Of a stretch of DNA of 37,960 nucleotides, positions 26,081 to 35,337 are shown in pieces. The notes under the pieces were generated by a model. The model saw nothing but the letters and a program-made list of their open reading frames with translations. It was not told the origin of the DNA and did not search any database. Both the position numbers and the translations under genes were made by a program. Origin of the DNA: a virus (taxonomy: Duplodnaviria; Heunggongvirae; Uroviricota; Caudoviricetes); IMG/VR virus record IMGVR_UViG_3300026478_000263, one strand, 5' to 3'. Within the stretch, counting starts at the first letter, position 1. Every line of letters begins with the position of its first letter.

Positions 26081-26353
26081 GATAGCAAAAACATTCCAGG
26101 CAATTTTAGATGGGACGAAATTAATCGTTTCATGACAAACATTGGCCAAGAAGAATTCGACTACGACACATTTAAATTAACCTTCGATGCAGATCCTAAT
26201 CTACAAAAATTAGTAGCACGATTTGATCAAAACGGCATTGAACTAAAGACTAAAAATCAAACACCACCACAAGGTCCAGTAGACGGCGACACAGGCAGTG
26301 ACGCTGTTGCACAAATGGCAAAACACGCAACAAATACAGCAATGGCCTCTTGA
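26021..26353 (+). CDS. -1 frame extension of the 25137 ORF (110 aa: VIEATDPNLILILRSLIGKADSK...)
   Basis: Frame open from 25991 with no ATG until 26122; the TTG at 26066 has its AGGAG only 1 nt away and both lie in the hairpin. Confidence 0.65.
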   Translation, partial: VIEATDPNLILILRSLIGKADSKNIPGNFRWDEINRFMTNIGQEEFDYDTFKLTFDADPNLQKLVARFDQNGIELKTKNQTPPQGPVDGDTGSDAVAQMAKHATNTAMAS

Positions 26354-26378
26354 CAGGCTGTAAACATAATGTTATAAT
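26350..26378 (+). promoter_or_regulatory. Consensus sigma70 promoter with extended -10; leaderless
   Basis: TTGACA-N17-TATAAT with TGn; ATG 26385 only 6 nt after the -10. Confidence 0.9.
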
Positions 26379-26384
26379 TGCGTC

Positions 26385-27077
26385 ATGACTACGACATTAT
26401 TACAGCCAAAATATACCTACACTAAACTTAATAGAGATGAATCCACTGGCAAGCGTTTATATGCTTGCCCAGATGGGTTTAAAGTTCCCAGTGTAACAAC
26501 AATCCTAGATAAAACTAAACCAGCAGAAGCCCGTGAAGCACTGGCTAATTGGAAAAAGGCTGTTGGCGAACAAAAAGCACAACAGATTACCACCGAAGCC
26601 GCCAGTCGCGGAACTAGGATGCACACATACCTAGAAAACTACATTAAAGGTGAGCCACTAAAAGAAAGTGTGAGTAACCCTTATGCACAACAAAGCCTGG
26701 ACATGGCTAAGATTGTTATTGCACAAGGATTCCCTAAAATTAAGGAAGTATGGGGCAGTGAAGTTCCTTTGTATTTCCCAGAATTATATGCAGGAACCAC
26801 AGACTGTGTAGGCATACACGAAGGCGACGAAAGTATCCTAGACTTTAAGCAGACTAACAAACCCAAGAAACTTGAGTGGATCGAGGATTACTTTTTACAG
26901 TTAACAGCCTACGCTCTAGCACACAACGAAATACACGGCACTAATATACGCAAGGGTGTTATTTTAATGTGTAGCAAAGACTACGAATATCAAGAGTTTA
27001 TATTAGAACCTTCAGATTTTGACTACTGGACAAATCGCTGGTGTGACAGGGTGGCACAATATTATAGACTACCCTAA
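26385..27077 (+). CDS. PD-(D/E)xK exonuclease (PDDEXK_1/Cas4-like family)
   Basis: VPSVTTIL, RGTRMH, EVPLY...YAGTTDCV, LDFKQT, YFLQLTAYA. Confidence 0.85.
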   Translation: MTTTLLQPKYTYTKLNRDESTGKRLYACPDGFKVPSVTTILDKTKPAEAREALANWKKAVGEQKAQQITTEAASRGTRMHTYLENYIKGEPLKESVSNPYAQQSLDMAKIVIAQGFPKIKEVWGSEVPLYFPELYAGTTDCVGIHEGDESILDFKQTNKPKKLEWIEDYFLQLTAYALAHNEIHGTNIRKGVILMCSKDYEYQEFILEPSDFDYWTNRWCDRVAQYYRLP

Positions 27078-27082
27078 ACACA

Positions 27083-27088
27083 TAAATA
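27083..27088 (+). promoter_or_regulatory. Late promoter core
   Basis: caTAAATAc, SD ggag, ATG 27111. Confidence 0.6.
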
Positions 27089-27110
27089 CAGTCATAACGG
27101 AGTGTAGATT

Positions 27111-28739
27111 ATGGCTGTAGTGCAAATATCAAAAATTCAGCATCGAAGAGGACGTAAAAATTCAGGTACTAGTTTACCGCAGTTAGCCAGCGGAGAAATT
27201 GGTTGGGCAATTGACACGCAAGAATTGTTCATAGGTAATGGTAGTGTTAGTGAAGGTGCTCCGTATGTGGGCAACACTAAAATTATTACAGAACACGACA
27301 ACATTCTTGACCTAGCATTACAATATCAGTACAAGAGAAATGATGCCACAATCCAAACAGGTCCAAGCGCCGCGCAACCGATACAACGTACTGTTCAAGA
27401 ACGTCTTGATGATGTAGTTTCTGTTAGAGCATTTGGTGCTGTGGGAAATGGTACTACAGACGATACATTAGCCATTCAACGTGCTATTGATCAATTATAT
27501 CTAAACGATGCTACCAAAGGATCTACAGCCAGCAGAATTAAATTAGTGTTTGAAGCAGGTATCTATAAAATTACTTCTCCACTACGTATTCCTCCTTATG
27601 CAAACTTACAAGGTGCTGGCAAAGATAAAACAGTGATTCGCCAGACAGGTGCATTTGCAGTAGCATATACAGTTGGTAGCGACAGTACTCCAGGTGTCTA
27701 TACAGACACATCTACTATGACCAGTTTAAATCAACCACAGTTAATAGGCATGTCCGACATGACCTTAGAAAATACTGTGGCAAATAAGCCTGGCTTAGAA
27801 TTAATAGCCGCTAAAAATTCTACATTTAGTAATCTAAAGATTAAAGGTGTATGGGCATACCCAAGTACAGCCTTAAATGCAGACAGCGTTGGATTAAGAT
27901 TAGTGGCAAAATCAGCCAGCGTATCTTGTACTGGTAATTTGTTTGACAATGTTGACATTACAAACTTTGCTTATGGTATCGACAGTACATACGACATCGA
28001 ATCTAATCATTTTACCAACAGTACATTCTATGAACTACGTAGAGGAATTAGATTTGGCCACAACGTAGATTCATTAGCCAGTGGACGTCAGTATGGTCCG
28101 CACGAAAACAAAGTTACACATTCACGTTTTTCTAGAATTACAGAAACTGGATACGAAATTATTGCAGGTACAGGCAACGTATCTGAAAGCAATACCTATG
28201 TACAAGTTGGTAATGACGGCGGTACTGAAGAAACTGCAACCTATGAAGTAGTTAATTTTGTTTCAGGCGGTAACGTTTCTACTAACGATTACTTTGAAAG
28301 AAGTATCGAATTAACTTCTAATCCAACATACTTGAATTCTATTCCTTATATTCCAGAAGTAAAAGGCATAGTAAAATCGGAACACAAATACAACAACGAA
28401 ATTTATATCGACTCGGGTGCAACTGGTAGTCCGTTTATTAAACTGCCTGCTAATACCAGCACTTCTCACATCATTCATTATTTCTATACAAGCCCTGCAC
28501 AGGCCGTTACAAGACAAGGAACTATTTTTGTTAATGTAGATAGAGAAAATGATCTAGTACACCTTACAGACGACTGTAGTACCATTGGTAATTCTTCAAA
28601 CATTGAAGACCTAAGTTTTTCAGCAACTTTAGAAAACGCAGGAACATTTACCAATGATCCAACTGTGTTTGTTAGATATACAAATACAGCAGTCTCTGAG
28701 GATGGTTATATTAACTATTGGTACGAAACAATTAGTTAA
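27111..28739 (+). CDS. Tailspike/virion protein with pectate-lyase-3-like beta-helix
   Basis: Mtd_N-like LPQLASGEIGWAIDTQELFIGNG; VSVRAFGAVGNGTTDDTLAIQRAID...FEAGIY; N/S/T-rich beta-helix repeats. Confidence 0.8.
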   Translation: MAVVQISKIQHRRGRKNSGTSLPQLASGEIGWAIDTQELFIGNGSVSEGAPYVGNTKIITEHDNILDLALQYQYKRNDATIQTGPSAAQPIQRTVQERLDDVVSVRAFGAVGNGTTDDTLAIQRAIDQLYLNDATKGSTASRIKLVFEAGIYKITSPLRIPPYANLQGAGKDKTVIRQTGAFAVAYTVGSDSTPGVYTDTSTMTSLNQPQLIGMSDMTLENTVANKPGLELIAAKNSTFSNLKIKGVWAYPSTALNADSVGLRLVAKSASVSCTGNLFDNVDITNFAYGIDSTYDIESNHFTNSTFYELRRGIRFGHNVDSLASGRQYGPHENKVTHSRFSRITETGYEIIAGTGNVSESNTYVQVGNDGGTEETATYEVVNFVSGGNVSTNDYFERSIELTSNPTYLNSIPYIPEVKGIVKSEHKYNNEIYIDSGATGSPFIKLPANTSTSHIIHYFYTSPAQAVTRQGTIFVNVDRENDLVHLTDDCSTIGNSSNIEDLSFSATLENAGTFTNDPTVFVRYTNTAVSEDGYINYWYETIS

Positions 28740-28742
28740 TAC

Positions 28743-29168
28743 ATGGTTCTCAAACGATTCGAAGATCGCCTAGCCGCCTGGAGAGGTCTCAGAGACCAAT
28801 TAACCTCTGACACTGATCCAATTCAAACAGCCATAGACTTTTGGAACACAATTCCAAAATCTGTGCGTAACATCGATCCTTATGACCAAACAACATGGCC
28901 AGATCCATGGGAGATGATTGAGGAGAATGTCTATTGCGAGTACACCGCAACACTGGCAATTGGATATACATTAATGCTAACTGAAAAATTTAAAGATTGG
29001 CATTATGAGATTCAAGTTGGCCTTGACAAAGAACAGTCCAAGTTATATTATATGTTAATTGCGGGCGACCGTGTAATAGGACTAGACCAAGAAAAAAGTG
29101 TGCATATTAAAGACATTCCAAAGAACATACATATAGAAAAAACTCATGTATTGTCCGAACAGTTTTGA
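28743..29168 (+). CDS. Hypothetical protein, possible transglutaminase-like cysteine protease (BTLCP/LapG) fold
   Basis: WPDPWEMIEENVYCEYTATLAIGYTL resembles the BTLCP W.TP.E....GDCEDYAIAKY.TL motif. Confidence 0.4.
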   Translation: MVLKRFEDRLAAWRGLRDQLTSDTDPIQTAIDFWNTIPKSVRNIDPYDQTTWPDPWEMIEENVYCEYTATLAIGYTLMLTEKFKDWHYEIQVGLDKEQSKLYYMLIAGDRVIGLDQEKSVHIKDIPKNIHIEKTHVLSEQF

Positions 29169-29175
29169 ACAGTAC

Positions 29176-29181
29176 TAAATA
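29176..29181 (+). promoter_or_regulatory. Late promoter core upstream of nrdA
   Basis: acTAAATAt, SD gagg, ATG 29206. Confidence 0.5.
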
Positions 29182-29205
29182 TCATACTTTGCAATCGAGG
29201 CGTAA

Positions 29206-31533
29206 ATGACAAATATAACAGTAATAAAAAGAAACGGTAACAGAGAGAAATTAACGATTGAAAAGTGGCAGGCACAGGTAGCGAAAGTATGTGCTGGTAT
29301 TGCAGACGTAAGTCAGTCGATGATTGAAATTAAAGCACAGCCTCATTTCTATGATGGCATTACTACTCAAGAAATCGATGAAATTACACTACGAGCGATT
29401 GTAGATTTAATTGACGTTGAACATAATCCAGATGTAGGTCATGTAAATTATCAATATGTAGCAGGCAAGCAACGCTTGAGTATGCTACGTAAGGATGTAT
29501 ATGGCGAATACGAGCCTCCTCGCCTCTACGAGATCGTAAAGAAAAATATTGAAGTCGGACTATACACACCAGAACTAATGAATTGGTATAGCGAAGATGA
29601 TTGGAATAGAATGGATGATATGTTAGACCATTCTAAAGATGAAGAGTATAGTTATGCGGCTATTGAGCAGTTAATAGAGAAGTATTTGGTACGCAATCGT
29701 GCGACAAAGGAAATTTATGAAACTCCACAGGTTAGATATATGGTGGCCGCGGCTACAGTCTTCCATAAGGAAGAACCGAATAGTGCAAGAATGCGTTACA
29801 TTAAAGAATACTATGCGGCAGCATCCGATGGTTTGTTTACTCTTGCTACACCTGTGTTGGCAGGGCTTGGCACTCCAACTAAGCAGTTTTCTAGTTGTGT
29901 TCTTATCCGCAGTGACGACGATCTGGATAGCATATTTGCTTCTGGAGAGATGATGGCTAAGTACGCCAGTAAGAGAGCGGGGATTGGATTGGAAATCGGT
30001 CGACTACGCCCATTGGGCTCCCCGATCCGTGGTGGAGAAATCATGCACACTGGCATGATCCCCTTCTTGAAGAAGTGGTTCGGTGATTTAAGGAGTTGCA
30101 GTCAAGGAGGCATTCGTAATGCAAGTGCTACTGTGTTTTATCCTATTTGGCATCATCAGTTCGATGATCTTATTGTTCTCAAGAATAATCAAGGAACTGA
30201 GGAGACAAGAGTCCGCCACATGGACTACGGAGTCGTCCTCTCAGCGTTCTTTTGGCGCCGATTCAAGAACAAAGAAAACATAACATTCTTTGATCCTAAT
30301 GAAGTACCAGATTTGTACGAAGCATTTTATCAGGATACTAAACTATTTGAAGAATTATATGTCAAATATGAAAAGCAAAAAGATCTTCGCAAGAAAGTAA
30401 TTTCAGCAGAAGAAGTTTTTAAAGGCGGTATTCTAAAAGAACGTACAGACACAGGACGTATCTATCTTGTGTTTGTAGACAACGTAATGAACCAAGGTCC
30501 ATTTGATCCTGAGTATCATACAATCTATCAAAGTAATTTGTGCTGTGAAATACTATTACCTACTAAGCCATTTAAGCGTCTCGATGACGATGCTGGTCGT
30601 ATCGCTCTCTGTACTCTGGGCTCCATTAATTGGGGAGCATTCCGCAATCCTGAGGATATGCGTAGAGCTTGCCGCATCCTTCAGCGTAGTCTATGCAACA
30701 TACTGGACTACCAAGACTTCCTAAGTATTCAAAGTAAACTAAGCAACGACGAAATCCAACCATTGGGTATTGGCGTTACTAACTTAGCATACTGGCACGC
30801 CAAGCGTGGACTCAAGTATGGCGAAAAAGATGCACTACAAGATGTCAAGACATGGATGGAGCATCAAGCCTACTACCTAACAGAAGCCACAGTTGAATTG
30901 GCCAAAGAACGTGGACCTTGTCTGCATAGCGCACATACACGATACGGTCAGGGAGAGTTTCCTTGGGAGTTACGTGCTAAAGGTGTTAATGAACTAGCAG
31001 ACTTTACTCCGGAACTTGATTGGGAAACTTTGCGTGGCGAGATGTTAGAACACGGAGTTAGAAATGCTACACTTATGGCCATTGCCCCTGTTGAAAGTTC
31101 TAGTGTTGTCATTAACAGCACTAATGGCATTGAAATGCCTATGTCGCTTATTTCAGTTAAGGAAAGCAAAGCAGGTTCCTTTGTACAAGTTGTCCCCGAG
31201 TATCATAAACTCAAGAACAAATATCAAATGATGTGGGAACAGAAAGACTGCGATGGTTACTTAAAGACTGCGGCTGTACTTGCGGCCTATGTTGACCAGT
31301 CAATTAGTACAAACACATTCTACAATCCAGCACACTTTGCGGATCGTAAAGTGCCAACTACATTGATTGCTAAGAACTTGATGCAGGCACACTACTGGGG
31401 ACTAAAAACTTTCTATTATAGCCTAATCAACAAGGCAGGTAGTAAAGCCAAAGAAGAAGAACTAGTACAAACTGTAGCACAGAATTATGTAGAAGTAGAT
31501 TTAGAAGACGATTGTGAGGCATGTAAATTATAA
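29206..31533 (+). CDS. nrdA: Ribonucleoside-diphosphate reductase class Ia alpha subunit
   Basis: N-terminal ATP cone (VIKRNG); QFSSC; QSNLCCEI; APVESSS; KTFYY; C-terminal DCEACKL redox pair. Confidence 0.97.
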   Translation: MTNITVIKRNGNREKLTIEKWQAQVAKVCAGIADVSQSMIEIKAQPHFYDGITTQEIDEITLRAIVDLIDVEHNPDVGHVNYQYVAGKQRLSMLRKDVYGEYEPPRLYEIVKKNIEVGLYTPELMNWYSEDDWNRMDDMLDHSKDEEYSYAAIEQLIEKYLVRNRATKEIYETPQVRYMVAAATVFHKEEPNSARMRYIKEYYAAASDGLFTLATPVLAGLGTPTKQFSSCVLIRSDDDLDSIFASGEMMAKYASKRAGIGLEIGRLRPLGSPIRGGEIMHTGMIPFLKKWFGDLRSCSQGGIRNASATVFYPIWHHQFDDLIVLKNNQGTEETRVRHMDYGVVLSAFFWRRFKNKENITFFDPNEVPDLYEAFYQDTKLFEELYVKYEKQKDLRKKVISAEEVFKGGILKERTDTGRIYLVFVDNVMNQGPFDPEYHTIYQSNLCCEILLPTKPFKRLDDDAGRIALCTLGSINWGAFRNPEDMRRACRILQRSLCNILDYQDFLSIQSKLSNDEIQPLGIGVTNLAYWHAKRGLKYGEKDALQDVKTWMEHQAYYLTEATVELAKERGPCLHSAHTRYGQGEFPWELRAKGVNELADFTPELDWETLRGEMLEHGVRNATLMAIAPVESSSVVINSTNGIEMPMSLISVKESKAGSFVQVVPEYHKLKNKYQMMWEQKDCDGYLKTAAVLAAYVDQSISTNTFYNPAHFADRKVPTTLIAKNLMQAHYWGLKTFYYSLINKAGSKAKEEELVQTVAQNYVEVDLEDDCEACKL

Positions 31534-31706
31534 TGGACGCTTACGACATACATCAAGAAATATTTAAAGCGTGGCAACAGTTGGCACACAAGGCCGATGC
31601 TACGAATATTAAGAAAAACTTTACTGAAGTTCCTGTGTACGTCGATGGCCGTCCAGTTAAACGTGTAACAATCGTAGACGGACAAATAACATTGGAAACA
31701 AAATGA
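31533..31706 (+). CDS. 57-aa ORF between nrdA and nrdB, not in the ORF track
   Basis: MDAYDIHQEIFKAWQQLAHK...ITLETK; TAATG overlap with nrdA and ATGA overlap with nrdB. Confidence 0.75.
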   Translation: MDAYDIHQEIFKAWQQLAHKADATNIKKNFTEVPVYVDGRPVKRVTIVDGQITLETK

Positions 31707-32803
31707 GTAAAGCGCAATACAATTTAAACACAAAGACAGACTATCTTAATCGTAAGATGTTCTTGGACCCACAGGGTCCTGTTACTATTCAAAGATTTGA
31801 GGAAGTAAAGTATCCTAAAATTCAAAATTTCGAAACTACTGCTCGCGGCTTCTTTTGGGTACCTGAAGAAATTAGTTTAACTAAGGACGCACAGGACTTT
31901 AAAGATGCCAGCGATGCCGTAAAACATATCTTTACATCTAACTTGTTGCGTCAAACAGCGTTAGATAGTTTACAAGGCCGTGGCCCAAGTCAAATCTTTA
32001 CTCCGGTCGTAAGTCTGCCAGAACTAGAAGCACTGGTTTACAACTGGACATTCTTTGAAACAAATATTCATAGTCGTAGTTACAGTCATATCATCCGTAA
32101 CATCTATAATGTGCCTAAAGAAGTATTCAATACTATCCACGACACTAAAGAGATTGTAGACATGGCTAGTAGTGTAGGCAAGTATTATGACGACCTACAC
32201 TTAATTAACTGCCGCAAAGAACTAGGCGAAGAAATTTCCGAAGTAGAACACGTCAAGTCAATTTGGTTAGCGTTGAACGCAAGTTATGCCTTAGAAGCAT
32301 TCCGCTTTATGGTATCGTTTGCTACAAGTCTAGCAATGGTAGAAAATAAAATCTTTATTGGTAATGGCAACATTATCAGTTTAATTCTACAAGATGAATT
32401 ACTACACAAAGGTTGGACTGCCTATTTGATCAATCAAGTAGTCAAAGAAGATCCACGCTTTGCTCGAATCAAGACAGAGTGTGAAGCAGAAGTCTTGGCG
32501 CTATATATGGATGTAATACGTGAAGAAAAAGCATGGGCCGACTACTTGTTCCAAAAAGGACCAGTGATTGGATTAAACGCTAACATTCTTAAAGACTTTG
32601 TAGATTACACCGCATATAACGCACTCAAGGAGATTGGCATTAAGTACACTAACCCTGCACCTAAGACAACTCCTATTCCTTGGTTTAACAAGCACAGCGA
32701 TACTAGTAAAAAACAAACTGCTCTACAAGAGAATGAAAGCACTAACTACGTTATTGGCGTTATGAGCGATGCAATCGATTATGACGCATTACCAAATTTA
32801 TAA
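31703..32803 (+). CDS. nrdB: Ribonucleoside-diphosphate reductase class Ia beta subunit
   Basis: FFWVPEEI, LDSLQ, ETNIHSRSYS (radical Tyr), LEAFRF, QDELLH, ALQE...YV. Confidence 0.97.
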   Translation: MSKAQYNLNTKTDYLNRKMFLDPQGPVTIQRFEEVKYPKIQNFETTARGFFWVPEEISLTKDAQDFKDASDAVKHIFTSNLLRQTALDSLQGRGPSQIFTPVVSLPELEALVYNWTFFETNIHSRSYSHIIRNIYNVPKEVFNTIHDTKEIVDMASSVGKYYDDLHLINCRKELGEEISEVEHVKSIWLALNASYALEAFRFMVSFATSLAMVENKIFIGNGNIISLILQDELLHKGWTAYLINQVVKEDPRFARIKTECEAEVLALYMDVIREEKAWADYLFQKGPVIGLNANILKDFVDYTAYNALKEIGIKYTNPAPKTTPIPWFNKHSDTSKKQTALQENESTNYVIGVMSDAIDYDALPNL

Positions 32804-32812
32804 GAGAGAAGT

Positions 32813-33055
32813 ATGATTACAGTATATTCAAAACAAAACTGTCCGTTTTGTGACAGAGCAAAAGCATTGTTAGAAAGCAAAGGTATTCCATTTAAAACAA
32901 TTATGATGGAAGATGAACCAGATGCACGTGAGTTCCTTATGGATCAAGGCTTGCGTAGTGTTCCACAAATTTTTAAGGATGGCGTTCTCCTTCCTGGTGG
33001 CTATCAGGGCCTAGCAGGTAAAGACGAAGCATTTTTTGAAACATTAAAGGGATAA
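32813..33055 (+). CDS. Glutaredoxin
   Basis: CPFC active site, SVPQIF, GGY. Confidence 0.92.
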   Translation: MITVYSKQNCPFCDRAKALLESKGIPFKTIMMEDEPDAREFLMDQGLRSVPQIFKDGVLLPGGYQGLAGKDEAFFETLKG

Positions 33056-33056
33056 T

Positions 33057-33350
33057 ATGTTAATTGACAAAGGCGTATCAGTAGGCGAAGTAATTACACT
33101 TAAACTAACTTCAGGAGAAGAATTAGTAGCCAAACTTACAGAGGAAACAGCAACTTACTATAAGTTGAGTAAGCCAATGGTTATTGGTATGGGTGCAAAA
33201 GGACCAGGACTTATGCCGTATTTGTTTACAGTAAGTCCCGACAAAGAAGTTAAACTACTTAAGACTACTGTAACTGTAGCAGAAGCAACAGACAAACAGT
33301 TTGCAGATCAGTTCATTCAAACAACAACTGGGATCACGTTAGCGTCTTAA
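33057..33350 (+). CDS. Hypothetical protein, possible Sm-like beta-barrel
   Basis: GEVITLKLTSGEELVAKL resembles the Sm1 V.L.nG..h.G.L pattern. Confidence 0.45.
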   Translation: MLIDKGVSVGEVITLKLTSGEELVAKLTEETATYYKLSKPMVIGMGAKGPGLMPYLFTVSPDKEVKLLKTTVTVAEATDKQFADQFIQTTTGITLAS

Positions 33351-35012
33351 TTACGCTGAAAACGGTTGATCTAAACTACTAGGCAAGGCCGCTTCAGGCT
33401 TTGCCTTTATCAAATCCGCATACGTTTTAAAATATTTTGCTTCCTCTTCATCGGATAATACAGCCGATGTTTTAATAGCAGTTTCAATACTCAACGGTGC
33501 TTCGCCGTATGTTTTATTTTCGTCAAATAACTTTTTAAGCAATTGCCACTGACGTGCTCTCTCATTAGTTTGAGCTTGAGTACGACTAGCACCTTTCCAA
33601 AAAACAGAATATTCTTGGAAGTTTGCGTTAAGTTTATCACGCTTATCTGAGTAATACGTTTCTTCGGCTGTTCTAGTAGCAGGATCTGGTTTGTCTTTTA
33701 CTACTTGTCTTCCTTTATCTCGTATAGCAACATATCCAGGGTACCAAGCATTAAGATTTTTTTCAAAATTATCTTTGGCAGTAATAGTCTCGAAGTAAGT
33801 CCTAATTTGTCTCCATTTTATTGCATAGGCTTCAACAAATGCCTCTGAAATTTTTTCATTAGGATCTTTGCCAAAGATTCCTGTTTTAGGTGTAGTTGTA
33901 GTAGTAGTTTCAGGTTCTTTAATTTTTGTTTCTTTAATCTCAGACTCTGGAGACTTAGGCGGTTGTGCTGGATTGCTGGCAGCGGCCTGTGCAACAACTT
34001 TATTAATTTGTGCGGCACTAACTTGACTAGCATCAATCGTAGCGGCCCTGGCCGTGGCCATAATGCCACCTGCAGGTTGAGCCAATTGATTAGCAAATGC
34101 AAATGCCTTTAAATCTGCAACACCTGCACTAACAGCCGTATTGGCTTTAGTTTCGATTGCACCAAATGCCGCAGTAAGACCAGCACCCGCAGTAGTCATA
34201 GCAGTTTTTAAATTTGCTAGACTACTTAACTTACTGGCATTATCAGGATTAGCGGCAAATGTAGTATATGCCGGATTAGTAATAGGAGGACCACTGGGAT
34301 TCTGTGGATCCGGGATAGTCTGCGGAGGTACACTATTAGCAAACGAAGTAATTGATGCGCCTGCGCCGGTGGCAAGACTTGATACTTTATCTAAACCTGC
34401 CTTAGCAAAATTAGATGCGGTGTTTAATGCCGCAGGAAGTTTTGCACCAAAGTCTGCTCCTGCCTGTGCTACAGTTTTACTAACAGCCTCTGCCTGTGCT
34501 TTTAGAGCGGCAGGTCCATCTTGAAATATAGCCAATGCACCGCTGGCGGCTTTTAGTTGTTCTTCAGTTGGTGGTGCACCGGCTGCTAATGCTTTCTTAG
34601 TTGTTAGATCCATATTAGCCTGTGCTACTGCCATTAATTTAGGAAGTTGCGCCTGCGCCGCGGCCATCTTTGCGGCTACTGCGGCCTGTGCAGAAGCAAG
34701 TCCTTCGCTGACATCAGAAGGCAATGATCCAGCAACGTCGCCGATTTTATTAATCGAAGCGGTAATACTTTTATTAATAGATCCATTTTTAATAGCATCT
34801 ATAGTAGCATTTAAACTAGGACCATTAGAATCTGCCGGGGGAGTAAATGTGCCTGCATCTGCAGGAGGCTTAGGAAATGAACTGGCTATCTTCTTTGCCG
34901 CATCATTAACTATACTAGCCGCAGATTTGATTAATGTACCGGTTTGTTGACCAAATCCATTAGTAGCAAAATCAAACCCATCTGGTGGGCTAGGTAAATT
35001 TAGTAAAGGCAT
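33351..35012 (-). CDS. Ala-rich hypothetical protein downstream of PAAR
   Basis: 553 aa: long Ala-rich helical N-region, P/T/E linker (PPKSPESEIKE...TTTTTTP), charged C-domain; ATG 2 nt after the PAAR stop. Confidence 0.75.
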   Translation of the reverse strand: MPLLNLPSPPDGFDFATNGFGQQTGTLIKSAASIVNDAAKKIASSFPKPPADAGTFTPPADSNGPSLNATIDAIKNGSINKSITASINKIGDVAGSLPSDVSEGLASAQAAVAAKMAAAQAQLPKLMAVAQANMDLTTKKALAAGAPPTEEQLKAASGALAIFQDGPAALKAQAEAVSKTVAQAGADFGAKLPAALNTASNFAKAGLDKVSSLATGAGASITSFANSVPPQTIPDPQNPSGPPITNPAYTTFAANPDNASKLSSLANLKTAMTTAGAGLTAAFGAIETKANTAVSAGVADLKAFAFANQLAQPAGGIMATARAATIDASQVSAAQINKVVAQAAASNPAQPPKSPESEIKETKIKEPETTTTTTPKTGIFGKDPNEKISEAFVEAYAIKWRQIRTYFETITAKDNFEKNLNAWYPGYVAIRDKGRQVVKDKPDPATRTAEETYYSDKRDKLNANFQEYSVFWKGASRTQAQTNERARQWQLLKKLFDENKTYGEAPLSIETAIKTSAVLSDEEEAKYFKTYADLIKAKPEAALPSSLDQPFSA

Positions 35013-35014
35013 TG

Positions 35015-35332
35015 TTACGCTCCGTCATTAAACACATTAGAACTTCCGGTGATAGTTGTATATGTATCTCCGCCTTGTCCAAGGCCTGTATCTCCAATAC
35101 GATGCACAGGCAAGTTTTCTGCAAACACAGTAGCAGATCCAGTAAGTGTTTGGCTAGTATGTCCGCAGGATTGTTCGCCAGGATCTCTAGTGGCTACTAG
35201 TTGTGCTAGGTTGTTTGTAAACACAGTACTGCATCCGGCAATGTGTGTGGTAGTATAATCTACCGGTGGGCTAGGGGAGTGCAAAGGACATTTTCCTTCT
35301 CCCAAATCTGTTAATCTTGCTAGTGCTGGCAT
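35015..35332 (-). CDS. PAAR-like spike-tip protein (T4 gp5.4-like)
   Basis: MPALARLTD, CPLH, TVFTNN, CGH, GSATVFAENLPVHRIGD, GSSNVF; start ATG 35332 is 5 nt after TAAATA. Confidence 0.85.
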   Translation of the reverse strand: MPALARLTDLGEGKCPLHSPSPPVDYTTTHIAGCSTVFTNNLAQLVATRDPGEQSCGHTSQTLTGSATVFAENLPVHRIGDTGLGQGGDTYTTITGSSNVFNDGA

Positions 35333-35337
35333 ATTCA

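Noticed and set aside
26385-27077. Cas4 / CRISPR adaptation locus
   Set aside because: No repeat-spacer array or other cas genes; no clear four-Cys Fe-S arrangement; treated as a generic PD-(D/E)xK exonuclease.
29206-32803. Group I introns, inteins or homing endonucleases in nrdA/nrdB
   Set aside because: Both ORFs are continuous and of normal class Ia length; the 57-aa insert has no HNH/GIY-YIG/LAGLIDADG motif.
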